A DNA stretch of 64,000 nt from Antedon mediterranea (lineage: Eukaryota > Animalia > Echinodermata), in contig NC_092679.1 in NCBI RefSeq assembly GCF_964355755.1, positions 2,510,201 to 2,574,200 on the forward strand, in the 5' to 3' direction. The notes below the pieces were generated by a model, which worked only from the letters and a program-made list of their open reading frames with translations, made no database searches and was not told the DNA's origin. Position numbers and translations under genes: made by a program. Of the stretch, positions 13,445 to 25,512 are shown one piece after another. Every line of letters begins with the position of its first letter. Position 1 is the stretch's first letter.

Positions 13445-13647
13445 CTGAAAAATGAAAATGACACGATATATTTAGGGATGATGCAGCTAGAGAAGTCTGG
13501 CGGAAGGGGTGGGGTTGATGCAAATAGGTAGGTAGAAAGAAATTAATTTAGACAGTGCATTCAGCTGAAATGCTCATCAGCTGCAGCTACCCAGAGTTTT
13601 CTTTGGTGCCAAATATGTTAAAATTAGGGTGTGTGGAAGACACTTAA

Positions 13648-13751
13648 AGCTCTGTCTACACTATCAAACTATGTGCCCTAATATGGTAGTGATATGACAT
13701 CATCATGCTCATATATGGCACATTACATTTTTTGTCAGTGTAGACAGAGCT
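13648..13751 (+). mobile_element. MITE family A, copy 3
   Basis: AGCTCTGTCTACACT...AGTGTAGACAGAGCT TIRs. Confidence 0.9.
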
Positions 13752-16177
13752 TTAGTGTGGGTGGAAGACCTAACACTTTAGGCTTTAAAGATGTGTCTCC
13801 ACATACAGATCTCTGCCCATCACAATATACTGGTACATCTGTGTTATTATAATATGTTATCACTTTATATGTATTTTTTATGATGATTTTCTAAATAAAT
13901 TGAAATAAAATCAAATCACTTTGATAAAATCCATTTCCTTTTAATTTAAATAAATTCATTAAATGCACAATGTACAGTAAAACATAAAATAATATTATAA
14001 ATCAGATATTTAGTAACGATTTGGTGAAAAAAGTAAAATAACAAAAAAAGATGATTTAAGAGCGATTCAAGTATTGCATTCTGGTGATAACAAGAGATGT
14101 TCTGAGCAAAGATTTGCATTGAGTTTAACAGCTGCACTGCTTTATGCTCGTCGCCAAATGTTTGCAAATCATAACTACATTTTGAATGAAATCTTCGCTA
14201 TAAATGATTTGAACTTGACTAATAAAATTTATCAATGAATATTTTATAAGATTTTTTTTATAATATCTCACATTTTATGACTGTTTTCAGAATCATCGCA
14301 AATAAATTTAGTTACTAGTTTCTAATGTATAATATTAATATTAATTTTAATATTTTATGTTCCGCGGAAAGGATAGGTGAAGGATAGGATACTCAGTTGC
14401 AGTGTAAAACATTAATTAAAAATTCTAATGAAAAGCCTATTGGACATTGGAACTGGGACATACAAAATGATACATACAACAGTACTTAAAATTAACATTA
14501 AAAATAATAAATTTATAATAATTTTATCCTATGTTAATATTTTGAATGTTTTTAGTAAAAAGGTGTTTAAAGCAAAAAGGTATTTTAAGCAGAGTATAAT
14601 GGAGCGACGAGATGTACAGTTTTAATGCGTCTATTAAAAGATTTAAATGCTTGATATCAAATTGACAAGCTGACGGTAATCATGTTCAAATTTCAGCGTC
14701 ACTCGAATCGGATCAAAACCAATTCACCGCTTCATTCATGAACCCTATACAAGCATTATTGGATTAAATTTTACTAAGGTTTAGGAGGAATGACCGCTAA
14801 CTGTGCACGAGAAAAGCCTATCTCCAAACCGCTAAAAATCAGTTTTAATTATCTGGGGAAATGGCTGTGTTTTCAACATACTATCATAATTCATGTCGGT
14901 TGCGATTGCTACAACAAGCAAGTGTTCTGGAGTGTTGGGTTAGTTCATCCAGATTACAACGTGTTACGACACTACAATCCTATTAAGATCTATTAACTGT
15001 AATTTGGCTACGGTCGTAACGATTTTCATCTGTGTTTGATGGTCGGCGAACAAGACGATGGTGAAAGAAGCGACTGGGTAGTCGGAGTCTCAAACATTAA
15101 CCTAGCTGCGCTGTAAGGTTAATGGCTTCAAGATTGTTTTTGTATGTTAGTCTACAGCTGACCGGTAAATCTGACCGATGACAATTGGCTATTTCTACAC
15201 TTTTATATTGAGTGAAATACAGTTTATGAATGATACTGTATAGTGTCTACATGCCTTTCTCACTATATTTAATAATACAGCTCATGATAATTAATTAAAC
15301 ACAAAATTTGTTGTTTTTGTCTAACTGCAATGACAATAATGTACTGTTTAATATATATCTATACCTGATACACCACACATATTAAATCAAGGTTGTGAAT
15401 AAAAGGGGGAAAAATACGGAATTTTAATAGAAACAGTTCAATATTTTCACATGGCGTATACTTCATTAAATAAATGTTATAATCTGATCCAGTAATTAGT
15501 AGTTTGTTTCAATAGCCTCTATACTATGTTACAAAATAATACAATCTTGAAATAAAGTAGTACAGAAGTACAATTTCATTACATTTGTGTAAAAAATTAC
15601 AACATCTGATTCATTATAAGTAGTTTCTTTTTAATCCCATCTTACGATGTCAAAAAATATTAAAATCTTGAAATAAACAAATAAAGTACAAACATTCATG
15701 TAACAAATTACATCATCTTCTAACAAAACATCTTCACTTGAACAGACATTAAACAAGTCATAAAAACGTTGACACATGCATTTGGTTAGACTTATGTTTA
15801 CTACGGATAAAATTTAGTGAATGTGATCCGTAAACATAACATATAATGAAACATTTACGATCGTTTTACTCTGAAATGATGAAAATTCTCATAGATTTTG
15901 ATCGTTAGTATCTTACGATATAATGGTTACTCGGTATAAGGGCAACCTAGAAATAGACTAAGAATTTTAAATGAATTTTATCAAAACTGCATACAAATAA
16001 ATTTAAAGTAAATCAGGCAATAGTATAGTATTAGTATAGGTAGTAGTATAGTATACAAATAATTAATGTTTATGAGTTGACTGGTGAGAATATTTCATGA
16101 GTTGAAAAATTAAATGCTCTTTTTAACAAGGCGAAGCCTTTGACCAATCAAGAATACAATTTCAGTCAGGTGTCATG

Positions 16178-16296
16178 TATATTCTTTGCAATCCTAACAA
16201 CAGTACCTTAATGAACTATATTCTTTATATCATAACACAACAGTACCTTAATGAACTATATTCTTTGCAATCCTAACAGTACCTTAATGAATTATA
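16178..16296. repeat. ~40-nt tandem repeat, 3 copies
   Basis: tatattcttt..cagtaccttaatgaa.tata occurs three times. Confidence 0.8.
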
Positions 16297-16471
16297 GTCC
16301 TTATATTTTAGTGTTTAGTAAATAATTTTTTCAATAAACAGAGTAAAACAAATAATTATTTTTTCAATTAAACAATTGAGTAAATAATCAGATTCAGATT
16401 TATTTGGTCCTTTATTTTGATTCATGACAGGCACAATCGCTCACATAAAAATACAATAACATTAAAGATAT

Positions 16472-17023
16472 ATAAGTATAATAGTAATAATATAAGTAAT
16501 AATATAAGTAATAATATAAGTATAAAAAATAGTAATAATATAAGTATAATATAAGTAATAATATAGTAATAATATAAGTAATAATATAAGTAATAATATA
16601 AGTAATAATATAAGTAATAATATAAGTAATAATATAAGTAATAATATAAGTAATAATATAAGTAATAATATAAGTAATAATATAAGTAATAATATAAGTA
16701 ATAATATAAGTAATAATATAAGTATAAAAAATAGTAATAATATAAGTAATAATATAGTAATAATATAAGTAATAATATAAGTAATAATATAAGTAATAAT
16801 ATAAGTAATAATATAAGTAATAATATAAGTATAAAAAATAGTAATAATATAAGTAATAATATAAGTAATAATATAAGTAATAATATAAGTAATAATATAA
16901 GTAATAATATAAGTAATAATATAAGTAATAATATAAGTAATAATATAAGTAATAATATAAGTAATCACATAATAATAATTACAATATAAGTAATAACATA
17001 ATATAAGTAATAATATAAGTAAT
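16472..17023. repeat. 12-nt minisatellite (AAGTAATAATAT)n
   Basis: Read directly; resumes at 17345-17395 after an insertion; explains the spurious 168-aa ORF. Confidence 0.97.
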
Positions 17024-17025
17024 CA

Positions 17026-17344
17026 CAAACTGTTTGTTGTTTTAAAAGTAAAGTTAAAAAGTATCTACAGGAACGTTCACTAGCTCTAGAAACTATTTAA
17101 TTAGCGCTTCTTCTTTTTTCGATTGTCCTTTTTGCTGTTTTTTGTAATTTTTTTATGTTGCTTTGTTTGTCTTTTTTGCTGTTCTTTCAAAGGACCTCAT
17201 TGGAAACAAGTCCGTAGAGGACTTTTATGAGTTATCCTTGGCATCCTTGTTTTATTTTGGTATTTTTATATTTGCCAATTTTAATTGTTATGTCTGTGAT
17301 ATTTTATGTACTGATGCCGAAACAAATCAAATCAAATCAAATCT
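17026..17344 (+). mobile_element. 5'-truncated LINE 3' end (L2/Crack/Daphne-like)
   Basis: ORF tail QTVCCFKSKVKKYLQERSLALETI* (FKxxLKxYL-type ORF2 end, stop at 17098-17100); T-rich 3' UTR; stem-loop ggacctcattggaaacaagtcc..ggactt..atgagttatcc; (AAATC)n tail. Confidence 0.75.
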
Positions 17345-18341
17345 AATAATATAAGTTATAATATAAGTTATAATATAAGTTATAATATAAGTAATAAACA
17401 GTATTACAGCACCTTTTGCAACTTAGTAAATAAAAAGTGGTTTATTAGAATATTAGTATCCATTTACAAATACTAAACGTATACTAAAGTAAAATTGATA
17501 TTATTTCTGTTTTGATAAAACAAAAAAAAAGTTTTAAAATAAACAGATCATTAATATATGAAGGCAGCAAAGCAACAATAACTAATGATTCTAGTTTCTG
17601 AATCTTAGCACCAGCTATACAAATATTAATAATCATTTAATTAAGAATGAAATCCCTCGTTAGCAATCATTGATGTTATCAATTGTAAATTATATCAAGT
17701 AATTTAATACTTGAATAAATAATTGTTAAAAAAACACAAGTTTTAGATGATAAATGACGAGAATTATCGATAATTCATAAAAGAAATTGGTCTAATAAAT
17801 GGCATGGTTTAGCACACTTATATAAATTGTCAAACTTGCCGACTGTTGTCCGTTCAAGATGGACACAAATTCCCCTGCAGAGAATTCAAGATAAATCAGA
17901 AAAGCCAACAGAACCACTGGTCTGTAAAAATCCATGACATCAAATTTATCACTTGTTCATATGAATGAAAATATTAGCGTGTTTTTTGTGTACGATTATT
18001 AATTGTGTAATTCATCTGCTAAAACAAGCGAAGAAACTTGACATTTATAATGTGTTAAAAGTACCATAAACATATCCGAGATATCAATTAGGAACTGTAG
18101 ATAATTTATGGTTACTTAATGAGGGGTGTCCCCTATTCATTAACTTTATTTATAATAATGAATTATGTACGGAACTATAAAATAGATTACCTCGACATGA
18201 TACACAGATAAACAATATATCTAGTTATTATAGTTTACTGCTCAACCTTGAGAGAATGATACCGATCTCAAAAGTTCTCTGTCTTGTCTTTACTGTATAC
18301 GGTAGGTACATCCTTAAAAAGATTCATTTGGTTGGTAAAAC

Positions 18342-18518
18342 AAATAAAATATAACAGTTAATTATATCACTATACTGTATGTCAGGTCAACGGATATTCG
18401 TCAATACACATTGTGAAATCCAACTGATAGCTGGCGAAACGTCAGGAAAATAAAATATATTTATTTCCTGTTACAACCTACGGTTAAGATACAATTAATT
18501 AACTGTTATATTTTATTT
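18342..18518. mobile_element. MITE-like element with 23-bp perfect inverted repeat
   Basis: aaataaaatataacagttaatta ... taattaactgttatattttattt. Confidence 0.6.
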
Positions 18519-18524
18519 TTATAG

Positions 18525-18661
18525 GTTGGGCAAGGTACTGTAGGTACAGTTTAGGTATAGTCGCAAACTTACTGCAACATGTGGGTCTATTTCGGGTGTA
18601 TGCTGATACCCACACATGGGTGAAAAGTAACCATCTTAATAATTACAGTACCTTGCCCAAC
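18525..18661. mobile_element. MITE-like element with 18-bp perfect inverted repeat
   Basis: gttgggcaaggtactgta ... tacagtaccttgcccaac; inner tgtggg/cccaca pairing. Confidence 0.65.
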
Positions 18662-19466
18662 TTCAATCTTATTCATCAAGATACTAAAGTTTTTCATTGA
18701 TTTTTTTTAAAAAGAAGGAAGAGTTAAAGGTAATCATTTGGGTGTAAGAACTTGTCAATTCTCAAATAAATCTATTTAAAATAAGTCGTGAATGAATAGA
18801 ATATGAATGTAATACCTTCTTTGCGGCCTTTACCATAGAATTCAATGATTCGATATTACTCAATTTCTTTCTACTTCCTGTGCGTTTCTTAACTACAGAC
18901 TATTGTGGTGTTGTTGATTCCAACATGTCTGTTATATTATTGGAAGGCTGTCATCACCCAACTAAACAAGCCTACAGGCACGACGAAAACCAACGAGAAC
19001 TTACAAAGTATCGTATTTTTGTAACGCAAAACGAGAAATAACATTTAGCCAGAGGTTATATGATCATAACACAAGTTAAAACCAGATGGATATTTATTTA
19101 AAACCTGTAAAATTTAATTCTTTAAAAATGCAATTATAATGAAACTACTAAACAAAAAAATTTAGAAATGTATCTGTCTTTTAAATTCTGTGTACTGTAT
19201 CTTTACTATGTGTGATATTGTATAAATATGGTTGTAGAAAATTACATTTTTTTGCTTATAAGTCTTGAAAACTTGCCAAATAATTATTATTCGAAAATTA
19301 GAAGCCTAGAATACAGACTTTTCTATTAGGTTCCCAATCCTTTTCTCACCATTTACAATGTAATTTCAAAACTAAACTTCTAGAAACTAAAAATGTTAAA
19401 CGGCAAGGAAGATGAATTTGTAAGCTTGACCCGAAGATCAAAGAATTTTCCAATCTCCGATTTAAT

Positions 19467-19575
19467 CGCATTTTCCGACTCGCAACTCACATTTTCCGAC
19501 TCGCAACTCGCTTTTTCCGACCCGAAACTCGCATTTTCCGACTCGCAACTCGCATTTTCCTACTCGCAACTCGCA
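19467..19575. repeat. 21-nt CpG-rich minisatellite (CGCATTTTCCGACTCGCAACT) x5
   Basis: Read directly from the sequence. Confidence 0.93.
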
Positions 19576-20171
19576 GAAAAGAAACCCTCCATGTACATAT
19601 ACTAGATAAATTTCCAAAACCAAAGCGCTGTACATTAATTAAAGCAGTATACAAAGACAAATAGAACATAAAATATATTCCTTACTGTACTAATATACCA
19701 AGAGATACAGTACATACCACTATAAAATTTGTAAAAATATTGTTTTGTTTTTACAAGAATCCCATAGTTAACTATTGGAAGGGCAAGGGTAGATTGTATT
19801 AACTTACTACCAGTAGACAACAAGCTATGTTGCTTGCAGAGTAAATAAACAATACATCAAAAGCAATGTGTTTAGTGCTAAACTGAATGTTTTCAAAATT
19901 ACAATCACAATAAACAATGAGCAGGGATATACATTATTTACCTTTGAATACAAATTAATATATCAGAGTGTTTATATTAAGTTTATTTACATTGAAGATG
20001 AGTTCTTTCAGAATTAGTTGAGTGGTAACTTAAAACCAGAACAGCTGACATGCAAAAACAACAATAACTGACAAAACATTTTAATTATTTTGAAATATCT
20101 ATAAAGGAAAATTGGCTTTATTCTAAAAATTTAGCTGCGGTTGTTAGAAAGTATTATGGTTTTTGCTCAAC

Positions 20172-20199
20172 CATAGAGGTTCACTATAATATCTCTGTG
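20172..20199. mobile_element. Tiny palindromic insertion with 7-bp TSD (P-superfamily-like footprint)
   Basis: GCTCAAC|CATAGAG..CTCTGTG|GCTCAAC. Confidence 0.6.
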
Positions 20200-22333
20200 G
20201 CTCAACAAATTCACATAAAAGTTGCCATGATAACTATCAACATTTTCCCAATATAACAAAATTTATATACATATATATCATAGCCTAGTGAGTCTAGTTT
20301 GCCAAAAATGCTAAAAACCCTGTCCAGCATTTCTTGGTATCTGTGACTGTGCTTAGCTTTACCATATAGTATGTTAATTATTAACATTTTCCTAACATTT
20401 TTATAATATAATATAGTACTATATAGGTTTGTGATAACTAGTGCTACAATGCTATATTTATACCATGCCAAATGTCAGGACCAAAACTGTGACTACGACG
20501 GACTACAACAACTTTACCATATAGCAGCAGGTGAAGTGAATTAAACAGTGACGATACTGATATCAAATTTATCAAATTAAAATATGTATACACATGTAAA
20601 CTGTTCAATGGTTTCTGTTATATCCTGAAGAATATAATAACTAGAATTTATTTTATATACTTGAGAAAAGTAATAAAAAATCTTATATAAACTGTGAATC
20701 ATTCTAATTTAGTAGATACAGGTGATTTTGAGTTGGTAATTAAATTTTATTTCCTGACTGGAAACGTTAAAATCAATAATAAAAACCTTTTTTTAAATTA
20801 GTTAAAATAAATAAAAGAAGCATCAAAATATAATATTATTAATAATAGCAAGAAGATTAAAAATTAAATATCAATACTTAAATGTACAGTAGCTGAATTT
20901 GCCTGAAAATAGACCACAATTTAAAAATAAACATTTTCAAAAATATGTCAAAATTATCCGACAAAACCACAGGGTGGGATTATATTTGAGTATAAAAATA
21001 TACTTTTATAAAATTTTAATAATATTTATAGTAGTGGTGGTTTGTAGAAAAGACTATTTAATAAATTAAATTTATTTAATCATTTTGACAATGTATATTG
21101 TTCCCAATCTAAGGATCTATATTTATTTCCCACGTTGGGAGAAATTGCGGTATATTCAATCATAATAAAATAGTATTATGTACTGTAATAAGAAACACAT
21201 GTATTACAGAATGGTTATTAATATCATATTGATATGAAAATTATATTGGAAAGTTTATTCACCTAATACTAGCTAGGTAATAACCAACATGTACACAAAC
21301 AGTGTGGGAACCAAATAATATTAAAGAATAGGCAAGCCACATATTTTAACATTTCCCATATTGTTTCCATTTAAAACTTTTACTAAAATACTATCTAAAA
21401 ATTAATGGTAAATAACAAAACATTTACGATACAACATCCAATAAAATTGCAATAAAAAAAATTAAAACTATGACAAAAAAAATTGTACATTTTTAAATGT
21501 CTACAAAAGCAAGATAACTTTTAATAAGACGACGTTCAAAACTAATTTCAAACTTCTTTAAGTAAACAAAAAATCACAAATGGTTCTCTTTCGAATGTAC
21601 ACAAGATGTTGAACACGTACCCGACATTGTATCTTGTTTACCATTTTTATTTTAACCTTTAATATTTTCACTGACATTTTTTTTTTAATACATTTTATGA
21701 ACAGTAGCTTTAGTTATTTATAAGAAACTGTCATCAACTGTATTTTTAAACTCCAATGAAATATGATTAATAAAACAACAAAAAATGTTGCTTTCTAAAT
21801 AGTTAGGAATTCGGTATAGCTTACTTGTGGGAAAGACAAGAGAAAAGAAAAAAACATTCAAAGGGCAGGCTAACAATTCACCTACAGCATACCCAGGGAA
21901 TACCTTCCAACCAAGGCGCATAAATTTTGTCAACTGGTGCCAACTTGAGCAACTTAATTTCTAGTAAAGAACTAACAGTAAGCACTGACTCAGAACAAAG
22001 AAAGGCTATAAACGTTTTTATTTATTAGAACCGAGCCCCACTGAACGCCTGACATCTGACCAGGGAGGCATAAATCTTGCCACTTAGGCAGGGTTTAAAA
22101 CATGTCAGAATGTCCCTGTGGAGGGCTAAGCACAAAGCAGGCTATGTACATTGCGTTTTATGGTGTGTGATGTCTGTCCTAGTGGTAACCAACCATCAGG
22201 TCACAAAAAACATACATTAATTTTATTTTAATGTGATGTTTATTCATTTTTTTTCACTTTTTAACGACAACTGATAAAAATGTTTTGTTACAGCTCGGTT
22301 AACAGTTGCATTCACACAAATTTCCTTTTCTAA

Positions 22334-22485
22334 ATCTCTGTTATACTATCAAACTTTATATTATGTGACAAAAAAATGTGATGTGCCAATAATGGACATG
22401 ATGTCATATCAACTACAGTACCATATTTGGGCCTATCAACTACCATATTTGGGCATATCACTATCATATTTGGGCACATCAACAC
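22334..22485 (-). mobile_element. MITE family A, copy 4 (truncated, reverse)
   Basis: ctctgttatactatcaaacttt..atgtgacaaaaaaatgtgatgtgcc..taccatatttggg repeats. Confidence 0.85.
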
Positions 22486-23393
22486 AGGGTGTCAGACCAT
22501 GAGAACGCAACATAGTCAACATTAACAATGGAACATTTAATAAGAAACATAATAATGCCATTTGGGTCCGAACCAAAACTAATAAAATTGTTTATTTGGG
22601 CCAAGTTCATCTCGTCTTGAAGATTCAGATAATATTGTTTGTACTAATTTGTGTTTCTTGATGGGTATAGCTATTGGTTTCTTTGGGCAAAGGTAACTCT
22701 ATTTATTGTAATGTTCTATGGGCTATATAAGGTAGCTCTATTTTTTTATCCTCTATGAGCAGAAGCAACTTTGCAACTGTGAAACTTTGATACACTAAAA
22801 TAAAGCTAAATTTGATTGGTCACTTTTCACTTATAATTTGTAGAACGAAATTCAAAACGTTTTTGTTCTTCTGTATCACTAACATTTGAAATATTCAATT
22901 CACTTTAATATCAATCAAGTCTTCTCATATAGCAATCCTTTATTACTCAATGATAACATCTTGCGAATATTCAGATTTTTTCCCGTTTTTCAAGGACTTA
23001 TTTTTGTATTTTCATTATATTTATTTTAAAATTCTTCGCAGAGGTGAAGGCAATCTGTGTCAAATACTGCGTTTGGGGTGAAACACATAGCAATGATATT
23101 ACAAACCCCTTCAATCAATGAATTCAATACAATTGTATACATCATTTAAACATATTTTAATTATATTTTTCTGTCTCAACGATATTAAAAGATGCTGATA
23201 ATAATGATGAGTTATTTGTCATTTTATCCACGTTATTATAAAAATAAAATGTGATTTACACTACATAAAATACCTCCATTACATTTAATAACATCCGTGA
23301 AAAAAAAATGTACTTTACTTTTAAATGTAATGCGAATCTTTGAATCTAAACTCTTAATGTCCTATCAGAAGGACGGGGCAATAAGTGTAAACA

Positions 23394-23542
23394 CTGTCTA
23401 CACTATATATGATGTGCCCATATATGGACATGTCATATCACTACCATATTTGGTTTATCACTACCATATTTGGTTATATCACTAACATATTTGGGCACAT
23501 CACACATTTTTTTGTCAAACTAGTTTGATAGTGTACAGAGCT
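23394..23542 (-). mobile_element. MITE family A, copy 5 (reverse)
   Basis: ctgtctacacta..(tatcactaccatatttgg)x3..agtttgatagtgtacagagct. Confidence 0.87.
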
Positions 23543-25062
23543 TAAAGATGAACAACATATCGACATATTGGAACACAATCTTCGACATTATATACTTGAA
23601 AAAACAAGCCCTTTGGCTGAGCCCTACTAATCAGGGCATAAAAAAAGCAACTAACAAGCAAACTCATCGATAAATATGTCTCGACTCGTTATCCTTCAAT
23701 TTTAAATTACCTAACGCAGTCCAAACACATTCATACTAACTTTCGGTGAAAGAAAATTATAATTTCCATTATTACAGACCTTGACTGAGAAATAGAGAAA
23801 CAAATTCTGAAATTACATTTTTGATTGTCAGATAGAAATATAGATCTAAAATCTACCTTTTCTTTTCGTTCAACTCATTAGGATTATTGCGTAGCTTATT
23901 TTCGTATCTGGCAAGGACGGGTTAATCGCTGTACCCGATCAATTATCATTCGACTCGTGTAAATGTCAACTTATTCGGTAATTTAAAATAACCTTTAAGT
24001 TCAATAACATCATGTTTTGCTGTTTATTCGACAGCGGGTATATAACTTGCAGATTAAAATCTACTTAATTTAGTACAAATTATCATGTCATGTCTTATTC
24101 AATTATTTATTCATGTATATAATGGAGCATTAGCTTGATTGTCTCTTGAGATATAATAATTCTAAAATAAAATCATCTTTATTTTCTGAAATTCTATTTC
24201 CAGCATACATGCTTAAGTCATTTGGGTCCTCAACTATAGTAAATGTCTAAATAAATTAAATGAATCTTCAAACAACATAGTGTTGTGCTAAAATGGTAGG
24301 GTGGTACCAAGGTATTAATCAGTGTTACTAGAGTACCAATAGTGTATAAACTTGCTTTTTAGGGGGACAATGAAAAGGGAACGGGAAGAAAAAGAAGATA
24401 AAGAAAAATTTAAACCTCCATTTGCCTACTACCTTGAAAGGTCTGACATGCCAATGATGCCAAAACAACAAACAAAACAAATAATTTCAAATAAATTGAA
24501 TTACATTGAAACATTTTATCAGTTGGTAACTAAATTACGATTTGTTGTGAACTTCTATTGACCATAATTTGCTTCATGTGACCTCCAAAATGAGCTGTGG
24601 TGCCAATGGGATGGGCGGGTGCCAGACTAAGCTTTTTCAAAGAAAGACTTTAATAACATACCACAGCATTACCCAGTGAATTCTGTAGCAGGGATTATAC
24701 TCGCATGGTAGAAGTACTTGAGGGATAAGTTGCTAATCCAGAGATAAACAGCTGATTTAATATAAATCTAATTTATCCGGATTTGCTTTATCTTTTTAAA
24801 GTGCATTATTATTATATCTTTAAGTATTATAATATTAACCAGATCATTCTGAAGCTAAACACATACAGTGTCCCATTTGAATCAATCTTTAATTGTATAA
24901 AAGTTGTGATTTTTTTCCATATCATTTCAACATTTTTCCTTAAAATCTCCAAACTGTGATTTTAGAACTAAAGTTTTTGTCATGCAGTTTTAGCGGCGAT
25001 AGAGCCAACATATTTTTGGTTAGTGCTAGTATAAGTATAGATATTATTTGTGGTAACACTAA

Positions 25063-25278
25063 AGCTCTGTTTATACTATCAAACTAGTTAGATAAAAAAA
25101 GTGTGATGTGTCCAAATATGGTAGTGATATGGCCAATTATGGTAGTGATATTACATCATCATGTCCATCACCGTCACAGGTTTTTGATATGTTTCGGTCT
25201 TGATGAAATAAATGAAATGAAATATATGGGCACATCACATTTTTTTGTCACATAAAGTTTGATAGTGTGGACAGAGCT
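25063..25278 (+). mobile_element. MITE family A, copy 6, with ~54-nt nested insertion
   Basis: Both TIRs present; the insert at 25169-25222 ends in aataaatgaaatgaaa, a retroelement-like tail. Confidence 0.88.
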
Positions 25279-25376
25279 TTAAAGTATACAACAGTTAATT
25301 GTGCTTGAATTAAATGATGAACAAACAAAGTAATAATGTTAATGTATTATATATATTTTTGCACACTTACTCTCAC

Positions 25377-25512
25377 CTGTGTCACTCCCGTTGTCCCCTG
25401 GTAAATGTGATACCATTCCCAAGCCAGCCTCAGAATCTGGATTTGGACTTGTGTCTTCGTGAGTGTAACCATGAGTATTTCCTTGAGTGTTATTGGGAAT
25501 TGGAGGGTGACT
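25377..25512 (-). CDS. Meis: Meis linker exon (SHPPIPNNTQGNTHGYTHEDTSPNPDSEAGLGMVSHLPGDNGSDT)
   Basis: ttttatttcag|AGT...ACA G|gtgaga (alternative donor A|gtaagt ends the exon at 25371); phase 0-1. The C-terminal SHLPGDNGSDT resembles Meis SHSGDNSSEQ. Confidence 0.88.

Noticed and set aside
13214-13531. 105-aa plus-strand ORF
   Set aside because: Antisense shadow of a Meis exon plus MITE sequence.
16462-16968. 168-aa ITYI/LLIL ORF
   Set aside because: Translation of a 12-nt minisatellite.
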